DNA from: Naegleria gruberi
Taxonomy: Eukaryota
NCBI GenBank assembly: GCA_000004985.1
Contig: GG738896.1
Strand: one strand, 5' to 3'
DNA: 64,000 nucleotides
Position 1 is the first letter of the stretch; each line of letters begins with the position of its first letter. The notes under the pieces were generated by a model. That model was not told the origin of the DNA, made no database searches, and saw nothing but the letters and a program-made list of their open reading frames with translations. Shown here in pieces: positions 22,104 through 33,472 of this stretch. The position numbers and the translations under genes were made by a program.

Positions 22104-22815
22104 GTTCCGAATATATGCTCAACTCCTTACAAACTCCTTCGTATAAATTTACAGCTTGTTGTTGAATCTAATCACTCTATTACTACTAACTCAATAGATG
22201 TCCAATAGAGAACAGCAGTTAAAAAGAAAAATCTTTTTGAAATTTGTAACGGTTATTGCAAAGCGCGCTTTTTTTTAATGTGGATGTCAAAACTATGGAT
22301 GATTGGTTCAAAACAAATCCAAAACCTTTCAATCCAAATTCATTTCACTGATTCTCTCATCTCACCAACAATCTTTTCAATTCCTTATTCCTTAATCAAA
22401 AACAAAGAACATGGAAATTACTGCCAAGGAACTTCTCGCAAAAATGCGAGTGAACATTTAACTCGTCTTTTTGGCTTTGGTAATCAGATTGTCATGTTGT
22501 TCGTCATCCTTTCATCACTTAAGAAAAAGAACAAGAAATAAGATATGGGCAATAAATCATCGTCATCAACTCAACCACAGCAACAAGCACCTTCGGGATC
22601 AGGAGGAAATGGCTCAACACCACCGCCACAACAACAATCCTCTCGACCACCTGCTAAGAAGTAACAAAAGTATTACAATGAAAAATTGATAGATATTAAT
22701 AATCAATTCTAGAGATGAATTCAATTTCATCATCTTGCTAATAATAAATTCAAGTTCAATCACAACATTATCTTCTCACGTTTTGAATCATCATCACTAA
22801 TTAATTATTAAAAAA

Positions 22816-24360
22816 ATGATCAATTCGGAACAGACAATGATTGATGATAATAATTTACTATCAACCACTCCACAATTTAAAATTATTTGGTTGGATGAGA
22901 ATTTCATGCACTTGCAAAGTTCCATTCACAAAATTAAATGTGTTCTTTTCAATGCCAGTGTTGACCAAAGAGATTTTAATGAATCTTTCGATCTAATTGA
23001 GTTGGAGAAACATGTTAGAAATTTAATATCGAATAATAATCATGTGATGGTAATTACGAGTTATAGTAAAGGAAAGGGATGCCAGGTTTTGGAATTGTTG
23101 CAAAGATTGAAGAGAAGTAATGAGGAGCAAGTAATTTATTCATGTGTCTATAGTGGAAGTGCTTTACGAAATGTAATGCTTCAGAATTTGTGCATTTTGC
23201 AATATGGAGCTGATTTTGTTTCGTCTTTGAATAATGCGAATGCCTTGTTGGAATTGGAAAGTTTCATTGCTCAAATCTATCAGAAATCATACTATCCAAA
23301 ATTAATGAAATATCTGAGCAGATTGGTATTCCAGAAAGATAATATGGAACATTTAATTTCGCCTACTAGCACTCTGGTACGATCTCACATGGTTCTTGAG
23401 GAAGAAATTGAAAGAGAAACACTCAGAGAACAAGGAAAGGAATATGATTGTAAATGGGAACACGTCCCTCTCAGAAAGATAGCTCACAATTTGCATTTGC
23501 AACAATCGGCCTGTCTTTCTCTCACTCACCGACCACTCGTTCAACAACCTCAATTCCTGGTCATGATTCAAACAGGAGCCATTAATCCACCTCACAAAAT
23601 GCATCAACAGGGATTTGAAGTTGCTAAGGAATTTGTGGAAAATTATCAAACTCTAATGAAGGCAGTGGAGAGTAAACCAAAGCTGAATAGAGAACTCTTG
23701 CAAAAGATTCTGAGACCTATCAAGGTGGTTGGATGCTACATGTCGCCAAGTCATGATGGATATATCAAGAGTAAGGCCTCCAAATACAAGTATTCCAGTA
23801 CTGTTCGATTGTATACTGCAACAGAGAGATTGACAATGTGTGCGTTACAAACACAAGATGATCCATTCACATGTGAATATCCTTGGGAGTCTTGCCAACC
23901 TAAATTTATATCCTTCTCTCAAGTGGGAAATACCTGTTCCACAATACTGAGAAGTGCCGAATGTCCAATTTCAATGCTCATGCCTAAAAATCCAAATACC
24001 AATCAATATCAAGATTCCTGCTCTTATTTGAGAGTTTGTTATACATGTGGAGCTGATTTGATTTTGAGAGCTGGCCTTAGAAGATTCGATTACTTTGAAG
24101 ATATGTTATCACTTGTGGTTGGAAGACATGGAGTTAATGTTGAGGAGGTTATGAAGTCAATTAATGAAGCTCATAACAACATGCCAGTTTTCTATGTAGA
24201 GATAGAGAATATGCAGGAAAATGCATTAAGCTCAACTGAAGTTAGAACTTGTTTGGAGAATATTGCCAAGAATGAAGATGTTAAAAATTCTAGAATGAGA
24301 TTGGAAAAAGTATTGGACCTTAGAGTTTTGGAATATATTATTAATGATTGCAAACTGTAA
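22816..24360 (+). CDS. NMNAT-family (nicotinamide/nicotinate mononucleotide adenylyltransferase-like) nucleotidyltransferase with a roughly 250-aa N-terminal extension of unknown function. 514 aa.
   Basis: 'FLVMIQTGAINPPHKMHQQGF' is the (H/T)xxH nucleotidyltransferase motif (GSFNPxTxxH). 'VGCYMSPSHDGYIKSK' matches the ISPVxDxYxKK motif. The C-terminal 'LSSTEVRTCLEN' matches ISSTxxR. Confidence 0.55.
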   Translation: MINSEQTMIDDNNLLSTTPQFKIIWLDENFMHLQSSIHKIKCVLFNASVDQRDFNESFDLIELEKHVRNLISNNNHVMVITSYSKGKGCQVLELLQRLKRSNEEQVIYSCVYSGSALRNVMLQNLCILQYGADFVSSLNNANALLELESFIAQIYQKSYYPKLMKYLSRLVFQKDNMEHLISPTSTLVRSHMVLEEEIERETLREQGKEYDCKWEHVPLRKIAHNLHLQQSACLSLTHRPLVQQPQFLVMIQTGAINPPHKMHQQGFEVAKEFVENYQTLMKAVESKPKLNRELLQKILRPIKVVGCYMSPSHDGYIKSKASKYKYSSTVRLYTATERLTMCALQTQDDPFTCEYPWESCQPKFISFSQVGNTCSTILRSAECPISMLMPKNPNTNQYQDSCSYLRVCYTCGADLILRAGLRRFDYFEDMLSLVVGRHGVNVEEVMKSINEAHNNMPVFYVEIENMQENALSSTEVRTCLENIAKNEDVKNSRMRLEKVLDLRVLEYIINDCKL

Positions 24361-24452
24361 TAATTTATGACTCAATAAAAAAACTGATTGATATTGAATT
24401 TCTCTCTGAGTTTTTGATAAATAATGAAAAATTAATTAAATATTGATAAAAA

Positions 24453-26174
24453 ATGCAGAAATTCAAAAGCAGCTGCCTATTCACAGCCAATCCATTTAAT
24501 AAATATTCCTCATCATTGGGAGGCTTATTTTTACAGCAGCATCATCATCAAAAGAATATCTTCCGAATCACCTCCTCTAACAATTTAAATAAGAATTATA
24601 GTCAGAATTTTAATCGGTTTGTTGGAGAGAACAAGCCTTTGGAAAAATCTCATCATGATGGTGCAGGAAAAGAATCATCAAATTTGGAGAAGAAATTAAA
24701 TAATGGAAAGAATGTGCATATGAGAAGGGAAAATCATGCAATGTTTATGGAAAGGACAAGAGAATTGAATGAGAGGAGGGATGAAATTATACCACTGCTG
24801 GCAAGTCCATTGAAAACTGAGGAGACCATTGAGAGATTTATGAGTAATTCAAAGAGGAATTTTACATTTGTCAATGATCAGGCCAAGGTGAATGTGTTAA
24901 AGGCCAAACTCTTGGAAAAGAAGGATGAATTGATTGTTTTTGAGGGAACGTATCATAACATGTTGGAATTATATAATGGATTGAAGAGGAAAATTTCAGA
25001 ATACTTGAATGAGAGAATTTCCAATGATTCGAGGCCTAAATCATTGAAGGAAAAGTATTTGGAGAATCACATTTCTAAACTCGAATTTACTGAAATAATG
25101 TCTAGATTTGGAGTATTGGGAAGAATGGTGAATGGCTCTTTGCAAGTTAATGTGAAGAAATTGCCAACTTTGGATTTGTTGGATAGACTTGGAAATTTCA
25201 CAATAGAACAATCTAGGAAAATGAAACCAGAAGTGGTGAGGAGCGAAATATTCATACCAATTCATACATTGATATCTTCAATCAAGTCGATGGATCAATG
25301 GGAAAAGAAGGGAATTGAATTGGAAACTGTTGAAGATGAGAAAGTTACAATTTATCCACATTTTGGAGTTTACATGCCAACAAGGAAGGAATTATTCACA
25401 TCATTAATCAAACAATCAGTCAATGAGCTTATTAATTCTAAATTGACAAATAGTAAGAAACCTAAATTGGAAATTTTGGATTTGGGCGCTGGATCTGGAG
25501 TGTTTTCAATCTATGTTTCCAAATTAATTTCAGAAAATGTTTCAGATTTGGAAATTAAATTTGTAGATATCAATCCATGGGCGTTGGAATGTTCAAAATT
25601 TAATTTTGAAAATAATTTTAAATCTTGCAATAACATTAGTGGAAAATATGTTCAAGTTGATTTGACAAGTGACAATAATCTGAATGAATCGAAAGATAGT
25701 AATTCTATTAATTTAATATTGTGCAATCCACCTTGGATATCCATAGAGAAGAAAGATTATGAACACATTCAGAATGAAAGGATGAAATTCGGTTCATTTA
25801 AAAATACAATTGATTTATCAATATTTGACACGGATTATGAATTTCTGGACCAATTTTTACATCTCCTCCAGAAATCACAAAACAAACAAACATTTGGAAT
25901 GCTGTTAGTGAGTAATGTTGGACATTTGGTAGGAGTGGAACAAATTTCAATATTGCAAGCTTTGGAAAAAAAGATAATAGGAACAAACATCAAGATTGAG
26001 AAGGTGGTTACTTTGAGGAGAGAACAGGGGTTGAATCAAGAATTGTCAGTGAAAAAGTATTTGGTCAATAATCCACTTTCCTCCAAGAGGAAGAAATCTC
26101 CTCATCAAAATTTAATTCAAGATACAAAGGCCAGTGAAGAAGTTTATTGTGTAAATCTCAGGAGAATTGATTAA
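24453..26174 (+). CDS. SAM-dependent methyltransferase with an NPPW motif (HemK/N6AMT/PrmC-like class I MTase). 573 aa.
   Basis: Motif I is 'ILDLGAGSGVFSIYV'. Motif IV is 'LILCNPPWIS' ((D/N)PP(Y/W), typical of amino-group, N6-adenine or glutamine MTases). Long N-terminal region of unknown function. Confidence 0.55.
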   Translation: MQKFKSSCLFTANPFNKYSSSLGGLFLQQHHHQKNIFRITSSNNLNKNYSQNFNRFVGENKPLEKSHHDGAGKESSNLEKKLNNGKNVHMRRENHAMFMERTRELNERRDEIIPLLASPLKTEETIERFMSNSKRNFTFVNDQAKVNVLKAKLLEKKDELIVFEGTYHNMLELYNGLKRKISEYLNERISNDSRPKSLKEKYLENHISKLEFTEIMSRFGVLGRMVNGSLQVNVKKLPTLDLLDRLGNFTIEQSRKMKPEVVRSEIFIPIHTLISSIKSMDQWEKKGIELETVEDEKVTIYPHFGVYMPTRKELFTSLIKQSVNELINSKLTNSKKPKLEILDLGAGSGVFSIYVSKLISENVSDLEIKFVDINPWALECSKFNFENNFKSCNNISGKYVQVDLTSDNNLNESKDSNSINLILCNPPWISIEKKDYEHIQNERMKFGSFKNTIDLSIFDTDYEFLDQFLHLLQKSQNKQTFGMLLVSNVGHLVGVEQISILQALEKKIIGTNIKIEKVVTLRREQGLNQELSVKKYLVNNPLSSKRKKSPHQNLIQDTKASEEVYCVNLRRID

Positions 26175-27279
26175 TTTTCAAAATTAATACCTTTTTCAAT
26201 AAATGATTGAACCGAGTCTCAAGTGTGAGGAATTCAATGTAAATACTCTTGTTCATCAAATTATTGCAAATTTTTGAACAAGCCTTTGAAAATCATTCTT
26301 CAATTCAAATTATCACCAAATCAGAAATATTAATTGGTTCTTTCACAAACTCTCCATTTTTGAGTGACTCATATTCATTTGGATAAGGATAGTTGATTTG
26401 TTTACATTTCACACAACAAACCTACTATTTGTGAACAGCATGAACGATTAAAATCGAATAAATAGTGGAAGCCTTCAACAGAGTTTACTCCACCCACATA
26501 CAAAAAAAACAAACAATAACATGATTCACCTAAATGAATCTAACAATCATCAATACATTCATTGTATTGAATTTCATTTGAATGAACTTTTTCAAGGCTT
26601 TGAAATTTTGAAGGCTGGTACGTGGATAACTTCACCACTCTCAACTTGGATTTTTTTGAATATTACAATACCACAAGATCATTGCTTCATCATTTTCACT
26701 CAAGCATTTCATAATAAGGGTCCCTATTTATATACTCTCGAAAGAACAGCTCGAATTTGGATCTTTCCTCCAATTTTAACAGGAATTCAGTGTGAACAGC
26801 ATTATAGATAATAAGCTCTTTTCTTCAGAAACTCTCTCTTCACTCCATTCTCCTTTAATCTTATCTCCCATCTCGTGTTGTGACAAAAGGCGTGTATCTT
26901 TTCAATGTCTAAAAGCTCTTTAGGAACAAGAGCTGCAAATTTTACCAACAGTGCATCCAAGGAAACATAACATCGACACTGATAAAATTTCTCCAATACT
27001 ATAAAATTGTTTTTCTATCTTCTAACATCTTTACTTAAAGCTTTAAATTTCACAGAATGGTAGTGTGTTAGTGTTCAAAATGGATAAAAATTCGATGAAA
27101 TTTTGAAATATTTAGATTTTCCAAATATAAATAAGATATAATTTCTTCCTTTTTTGCACTTCTAATTATTTGGACTTTCCATTTTATTGTTCCTTAATCT
27201 CCAAATAAATGTGTAAGGGTCACATTAAAAACGTGATCAGCATAATTAATAACAAAACATGTAATCAAAATTTTTAAAT

Positions 27280-28250
27280 TTATTTGGAAGAAACAAGATT
27301 ATACGAAATTCTAATAGTTTGACCTTGCTTTTTTGCCTTGCTCATTTGAAAATTTCCAATCTCTGAGAATTGATCTACATGGGTGCCAGAACAAGCACAC
27401 TCCACATTTCCATACTTTACAAAACGAACATCCTGACCTGGTGGTAAATAGGTAGGAATTTCATGTTCAAACTTTTCAGAGAGTTGATTATTTACAATAA
27501 GATTATTCTCCTCTATATTCGAATAGTATGGAATGAATGATTTTACAACTGTTGAATTTTCACTTTCATCTTGCAACAGTTCAGTAATTTTTTGATTGAC
27601 TTGTTCCACAAATTTTGGAATAGATTCAGGAATTTGATTACAATGGAAATATTCACAATATGGAGAATCAACAAAGTGATATCCTCTTCCAGGTTTCTAT
27701 TTTTCTAAATTAGACTAATTTGAAAATCTTTCATACTCACCCATTTATATCCACACATGGCAATAGCCAAATCCAAAACATGTCCAGCACTGTGAATTTT
27801 TGTATAGATATTTCTCTTTTCCATATCAATACGACATTCAACAGATGCATTTCCATCATTCATTTGAATAATTTCACTTTCACTCAATTCAATCCCTTCA
27901 AACCATCCAAAATGATCCACCTGAATCAAATCTCCAGCCAACTTGACAAACTTTACACAAAACTTTACCATTTCTCTTCCACCCAACGAGTTAATCAGTA
28001 AAACTCCTTCATCACTTGGTTGTCCACCTCCCTGCGGATGAAAAATAGTCTTATCCAAATTAATCTTGTAAAAATCAACTCTTTCCGATGCTAAAGATTT
28101 GTTCTGTTGAATAGAAAAATTATTTTGCAAGGATTTGATGATTTTTTCATGATCGGAGTTTTGCTCGGAAGTCAATTTGGTGATGGAAAGTAGGCGAGCA
28201 TTGGAGAGGCATGAAAGTTTGTGGTCTTTGAGGAAGAGCTTGTCACACAT
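27280..28250 (-). CDS. AARSD1/AlaX-like alanyl-tRNA editing protein (tRNA_SAD domain). Two exons, join(28250..27741, 27696..27280), with a 44-nt intron.
   Basis: Exon 1 is ORF 27705..28250 and contains 'FHPQGGGQPSDEG' (Aarsd1 'FYPQGGGQPSDTG') and the HxxxH motif 'HSAGHVLDLAI'. A W|GTGAGT donor at 27740 and an AAAAATAG acceptor at 27697 join in phase 0 to ORF 27280..27609, which carries the CxxxH motif 'CACSGTHV'. Confidence 0.6.
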
Positions 28251-28744
28251 TTTTTTTTTAATTATTTTTATTATTGTGTATATTTAATAATTTTAAATAA
28301 ATTTTGGCGGGAAGTTTACAATGAAAGTTCAATTTGGATAATTATATTAAGGATGAAATAGTTTAAAAAGAAAAACCAAAATATTGAATTGGAAGAATAG
28401 AAAGGAGCAATTGCAGTCGATTGAATGAGATACAACTTTAGCAATCTATTCAGCAAATCACTAATCACTTTATTCTTGAAGAAGGGTGACAGTTGTCAGG
28501 GAGATGGATTGTTGTGGTCAAATCAACCTGAGCCAACTGTCACTTTTTTCTTATTCTTTTGTCCTTTTTAGCTTTAGTCAATACGCCTATCTTAATATTT
28601 CACATAAGATATGTTTATGATATTGTTCATTAAATTCCCGTTGTGTATCATCCACAATGGTCTGCTTTAAGAAAAGTCAATTCAAATGTTGACTGAGAGT
28701 AGAGTAAATATTCGAAATTTGAAACTAAATATTGATATACTAAT

Positions 28745-31700
28745 TTAATATCTAATTTCTATGGTACTCGCATCTGGTATACTTCTCGCTGTTGATTTAG
28801 TTTCTGAAAATCTAGGACTTTGCATGGATGATTTGGTATCTGATCCCTTTGGACTCTGAAGAACCTTCTCAATGTTGGTTTCTGCTGTACTCTCATCAAT
28901 ACTTTCCAATTGCTTTTCTAGCTCAAATTCAAATTTCATCTCACCAACATCCTTAAAGCTTGTTCTTCTCAAGACCATCTTATTTCGAACATTATTCATA
29001 AATTCTTCAATGTTGATGTGTTGCTCAAAGTCGAGCTCCTCATTAGGCTCAGCATGAACTCCAAATCTCAAGAGCTTATCTAGATTGTCCTTACACACTT
29101 GTTTGTACTCGAATATTTCCTTAACTCTTTTCAATGGGAGAGCTCCTTCTCTATCCTCCTTCTCACGAAGCCATTCCTCTACTTCAATATTATATTCCTC
29201 TACTTCCCTGATGAACTGTCTCTTGATAGTAGTGAGGAATCGTCCATCAAATCCTTCATTATCTTGTTGGAACAATCTCTCGTACTTGACCACAGCATCC
29301 CTTTGATCCTTGTGCATGTCAATCTTTATCTTTAAAATATCATCTGGAGCCTTTCCCTCAAAGAAGTATTCTAATTGCTTGTTGGCATTCTTCTTCTGTA
29401 CAGTACCATCAGCAATACCAGACTCTGTTTCATCCAATTTGACAAACATCTTTCTCAATTGTTCAATCATGGAGAACAATTCGAAAAAGACCAACTCGGA
29501 GACATCTCCCTTGATGATCTTTGTGAATAAATAACAGTCTGTGTCCCATGTGAAATGTTCAGCTCCAAAAACAATATTATAAATCAATTCGGCCTTAATG
29601 CTTCCAATGTTACCCACTTTCATTGTTACAAAGCTTTCAAAAAAGTCGGATATAGTGTCCTTATATCTTTCTGGACCTTCTCTTTGTTTCATTCTGGCCT
29701 TCCACATATCATTAACAATACCCATGATATCCTTCTTTTTAAATCTCTTGTTTCTTATTCTTCCTCTGTGTCTTAGGTACTTTGGAACAGAAGGTCCAGT
29801 ACCGAGCCCCATAAAATAATTGTTGTAAACCTTTTCTCGGACAACATCGTCTGATTTGAGGAATTCGAGTGCCTTGGCATTCTCCTGAAGTTCTTTTTGT
29901 TGCTTCTTGACAAGTATTTGTAATTTTGAAACTCTGTTAGCAAGTTGATTTACATTCTCAATGGTGTTAGAATCTAGTGGGAGTGATTCAATCCTCAAAT
30001 CGTCACGGACCAAATCCCATTTTGGTCTAGGGGTTAAACTTCTCGATTGGTCCAGAATTCTCTCCTCCAAAACGGTGATATTCAGTTTGAGCTCGTTGAG
30101 TTTTTCATTCAACAGTTTGCTGATTCTCTGTTCTTGGGTAAGTTTAACTTTCGTATTTTTCAATTCTTCCTCTAGAAGGTCATTCCTCGAGAGGACTTCT
30201 TGATAATCCGCCTTTGGTACCATGTTATTTAACTTGTCCAATTCCTGCAGTGACTCGACATACAATTGCTCAATCTTGTTCTTTTCTTGAGCTACTCCTT
30301 GAAGCCCAGAGAGTTGCCTTTTAATTTCAGTCTCCTTAAGATCTCTGTATTGGATGGCATCGTTCAAAATCATACTTCTCTTAATGTCGTCATTTCTCCT
30401 CTTTTCGTACTTTCTAATGTCAACACCTAGTTTTTCAATGGTCTCCAATAAACCAGCTTCCTTTTCTCGCATTGCTAAAACCTCCTTTTCTAAATTTGAA
30501 TTTTGTTGTTTTACCATTTCAATTTCTTTTGAGGTATCTCTGTAAACTTTGTGCATTTTGAGAGATTCCTCCTCCCTTTTGGTGTGATGTTGATTGAATT
30601 TATCATTTGGCATTGTTAACTTTAGTTTCAACTCTTCCACTGCAGTGGAAAATTCTTCCAAAATATGGGTCAAAATAGGTCCATAAGTTCTCGAATGGTC
30701 AATGAATATTCTAAAGCATTCCTTATAGACATTACTCTTTGCTGCAATATATTCGACCTCATTCATTATCACATTCTCCTTCTTCATTTCTCGGGTGACT
30801 AAATGCAATTCCTTTGCAATAAAATTTTCCATGGCCTCTAACAGAGGTGGTTTGAATTTCTTATTCTCGTAAGAGACCATTGAACCTAGATTGTATTTGA
30901 GACTTTTTAGCCCGTTGTCCTCCTTTGTGGTAGACATGAGCGAATGGACGTACGAGTCCTTTGCTGAAAACCCATTCCATGTCTTGAGCATGGGAGAGAG
31001 TTTTTTAGAGGATGTTCCAAAACTGCTAGCATTCAATTCTTGCCTTTCAATCCCAAATTCTTCAAATTCAGCTTCTGGTATTTCACCAAATAGTATTTTC
31101 GACAATTCCGAATCTTCTTTAACACTTTGATAATTTTCCTTAATAAGCCTCTCCTGGAATGCACTTCTCTGAGTCTTTGTCATGAAATTAGGAGAAGCTC
31201 TCTGAGAATTGTCAGCAGAATTTTGGTGTAGCGATTCATTTGGGCTAGAGCACATTTCCTCTCTTCCATAGATGTCCATTGTTTTAGCTTGGTGAGGAAT
31301 TGAATTAACTCCAGGTTTTGGCAACTTTTCACAAGAGTGCCAACTTGGTTTCATCTTCCCTGAAATCGCTCCTGTTCTTTTTATACCTAGACCTTTCTTA
31401 TTTAGGACTGAGGTAACTGAATTTTCAAGTACCATCTGAGGCGATTTGACTCTTCTCTCATTAACAATCTGTATCGGTTTTGAATTATCAACTTCATGAT
31501 GATCCAACTTGAACCCATTCTTCTTTTTAATGTTAGGTAACTTGGAGGCAGCACCTGTATCGTGATTGAGACTAAAATCGGAATGTGAATGATGCTTACT
31601 ACCCTGATGAGTTGCACTCAGTGTAGTAAGGCCACTAGTAGCGACGGTTTTCTTTTTCATCCCAGTTGGTGTTGAACTTCTTCCTGTTGATGGTTGACTT

Positions 31701-32383
31701 GTATTCTTGGGTGTATTCTGTGTTGATGGTGTTACAGACATCCTATCCATTGAAGCATATGGATTGGGAGGTGCAACAATTGATAGATTGCCTCTCTTTG
31801 GCCCGAGTGAAATGTTCGAGCATGATGAAGTGGGACGAGAACCACTCTCTTCCTCATTGGTATTATTGTTACCCTTATTTGTGCCTTCTTTGGGTGAAGT
31901 CACCATTGTGGAAGAGTTGTTACTGCTGGTGTGGAGGTTGTTCGGTTGTTGTGGGTTGCTTTCTTTTTGTTTGTTGTTATCGTTGTTTTCTTCTGAAGTA
32001 GATGAGATGGTCGAGAGGTTAACTTCCTCAATTGTACTATTCATATCAAAATTGCTCTTGCTATTTCTTGTTGATGAATAATTAGAGTCTTTGATTTCCT
32101 CAATAATTTCCTGAGGTTCTTCTTCAATTTCCTCCTCATCATCGTCATCATAGTCTGCATCATGTTGATCCTCTGATTCTTCGATAGTTTGTTGTAAATG
32201 TTGGTGTTCTAATTCATCCTCAGTATCTATATCCTGTTGAGATGAATATTCATCAATAGACATTGTATGATGATGTTGGTTTGGTTCCTCTCTAATTTCA
32301 TTAAATCGAGGTGTTTCCTCAATCAATAAACTTCCATCCTCCGCATCCTCATCAATACTTCCAAAATCCTCCTTCAACCTCAT
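28745..32383 (-). CDS. Large coiled-coil protein, 1212 aa, with an acidic N-terminus and a Ser/Thr/Asn-rich region. Function unknown.
   Basis: Uninterrupted ORF with ATG 32383..32381. It has a DE-rich N-terminus, a low-complexity middle, about 400 aa of heptad-like coiled coil (LEKEVLAMREKEAGLLETIEKL...), and a globular C-terminal region. Confidence 0.4.
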   Translation of the reverse strand: MRLKEDFGSIDEDAEDGSLLIEETPRFNEIREEPNQHHHTMSIDEYSSQQDIDTEDELEHQHLQQTIEESEDQHDADYDDDDEEEIEEEPQEIIEEIKDSNYSSTRNSKSNFDMNSTIEEVNLSTISSTSEENNDNNKQKESNPQQPNNLHTSSNNSSTMVTSPKEGTNKGNNNTNEEESGSRPTSSCSNISLGPKRGNLSIVAPPNPYASMDRMSVTPSTQNTPKNTSQPSTGRSSTPTGMKKKTVATSGLTTLSATHQGSKHHSHSDFSLNHDTGAASKLPNIKKKNGFKLDHHEVDNSKPIQIVNERRVKSPQMVLENSVTSVLNKKGLGIKRTGAISGKMKPSWHSCEKLPKPGVNSIPHQAKTMDIYGREEMCSSPNESLHQNSADNSQRASPNFMTKTQRSAFQERLIKENYQSVKEDSELSKILFGEIPEAEFEEFGIERQELNASSFGTSSKKLSPMLKTWNGFSAKDSYVHSLMSTTKEDNGLKSLKYNLGSMVSYENKKFKPPLLEAMENFIAKELHLVTREMKKENVIMNEVEYIAAKSNVYKECFRIFIDHSRTYGPILTHILEEFSTAVEELKLKLTMPNDKFNQHHTKREEESLKMHKVYRDTSKEIEMVKQQNSNLEKEVLAMREKEAGLLETIEKLGVDIRKYEKRRNDDIKRSMILNDAIQYRDLKETEIKRQLSGLQGVAQEKNKIEQLYVESLQELDKLNNMVPKADYQEVLSRNDLLEEELKNTKVKLTQEQRISKLLNEKLNELKLNITVLEERILDQSRSLTPRPKWDLVRDDLRIESLPLDSNTIENVNQLANRVSKLQILVKKQQKELQENAKALEFLKSDDVVREKVYNNYFMGLGTGPSVPKYLRHRGRIRNKRFKKKDIMGIVNDMWKARMKQREGPERYKDTISDFFESFVTMKVGNIGSIKAELIYNIVFGAEHFTWDTDCYLFTKIIKGDVSELVFFELFSMIEQLRKMFVKLDETESGIADGTVQKKNANKQLEYFFEGKAPDDILKIKIDMHKDQRDAVVKYERLFQQDNEGFDGRFLTTIKRQFIREVEEYNIEVEEWLREKEDREGALPLKRVKEIFEYKQVCKDNLDKLLRFGVHAEPNEELDFEQHINIEEFMNNVRNKMVLRRTSFKDVGEMKFEFELEKQLESIDESTAETNIEKVLQSPKGSDTKSSMQSPRFSETKSTARSIPDASTIEIRY

Positions 32384-33472
32384 CTTTTGATGTTCTATTG
32401 ATTTCTTAAATATTAATAATGTATACTATGCAATATTGTTTGAAAAAACAGCCCAGTTACTAAGGTATTTTTCTATTTACTCTCGGATTCTTATTGTTGT
32501 GCCCGATTGATCAAAGCTCTTTGAAAGCAACAACAACAATGTGTTTGATCCTCAGCTGTGTTTTTTTTAATGCTTGAAATCGTAAATTATTTCAAACGTA
32601 ACGGTTTTTTGTTTGAGTATTTTTTGAGTAAGGAGGCAAAATGTTGTTCATGTTCGGAGAACAAGTTTCCAAACAAATGGAAGAATTAGTAGAAATAGTT
32701 CTATTGAGATAATTTTCATTGTGTGGTTAATAATTGGTATGCTGTAAACAATTAATTTTGAGGAAGGTGACATTTTTCAATTCGTACCAATCTGAAAAAG
32801 TTCATTTTGTAATTGTTGCTGAAAAGACGTCAATGAATTGCAACAAGAAAATAAATTGTAGGTAATCTATTGGTATTCAATAATTATTGGATAACATTCA
32901 TTATCTAGAGCTGCTTTAGACTTTCGTTGATTATTAACTCAACAAATGGCTTCAACACCAATAAAAATCTTGTAATTGAATCTCATCTATTTTTAGTCAT
33001 GGTTAAAACCTTCCATTGGGAAATATTCTTCAATATTAAATATTAAATCCAATGAATATATTTAATTATCAACAAACGTAAAGTAGGGTACATACCTTCA
33101 ATAGAGATAATATTTCTATTGAGGTGGTGGCTTATTTGGTTAGCAAAAAGGCTTGTTTATTGATGATGGCTTTTCGTTTTCGCGCGTCAAAAAATCCTCG
33201 CTCCCTGTACCTCAAACTTTATTTTGTAACGACTCACAACAATAAGAATCTAAAAAAAATTAGCTAACCGACAAAAAGCGTGACCATTTGATCAACTAGA
33301 TCTATTCTACAAATCCGCAAAGACTTTGTCTCTTCCCCAAAACAAATAACCACATTCTTCCAATCTATTTAATTTAACTACCTATACTTCTAGTATCATT
33401 TGTAATATATTATAATATTCCAATACCTTCCCTAGTTCATTCTACAACAACAAAATCCTAACCGACAACAAA

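Noticed and set aside
26200-27280. 96-aa ORF at 26521..26811 and a 64-aa ORF at 26802..26996.
   Set aside because: No start context and no similarity. They lie in what looks like a roughly 1-kb intergenic or 3'-flank region. Left unannotated.
28480-28550. 10-bp inverted repeat GTGACAGTTG...CAACTGTCAC between the coiled-coil gene 3' end and the AARSD1-like gene 5' end.
   Set aside because: Too short to call an element. It could be a terminator or promoter hairpin but there is no further evidence.
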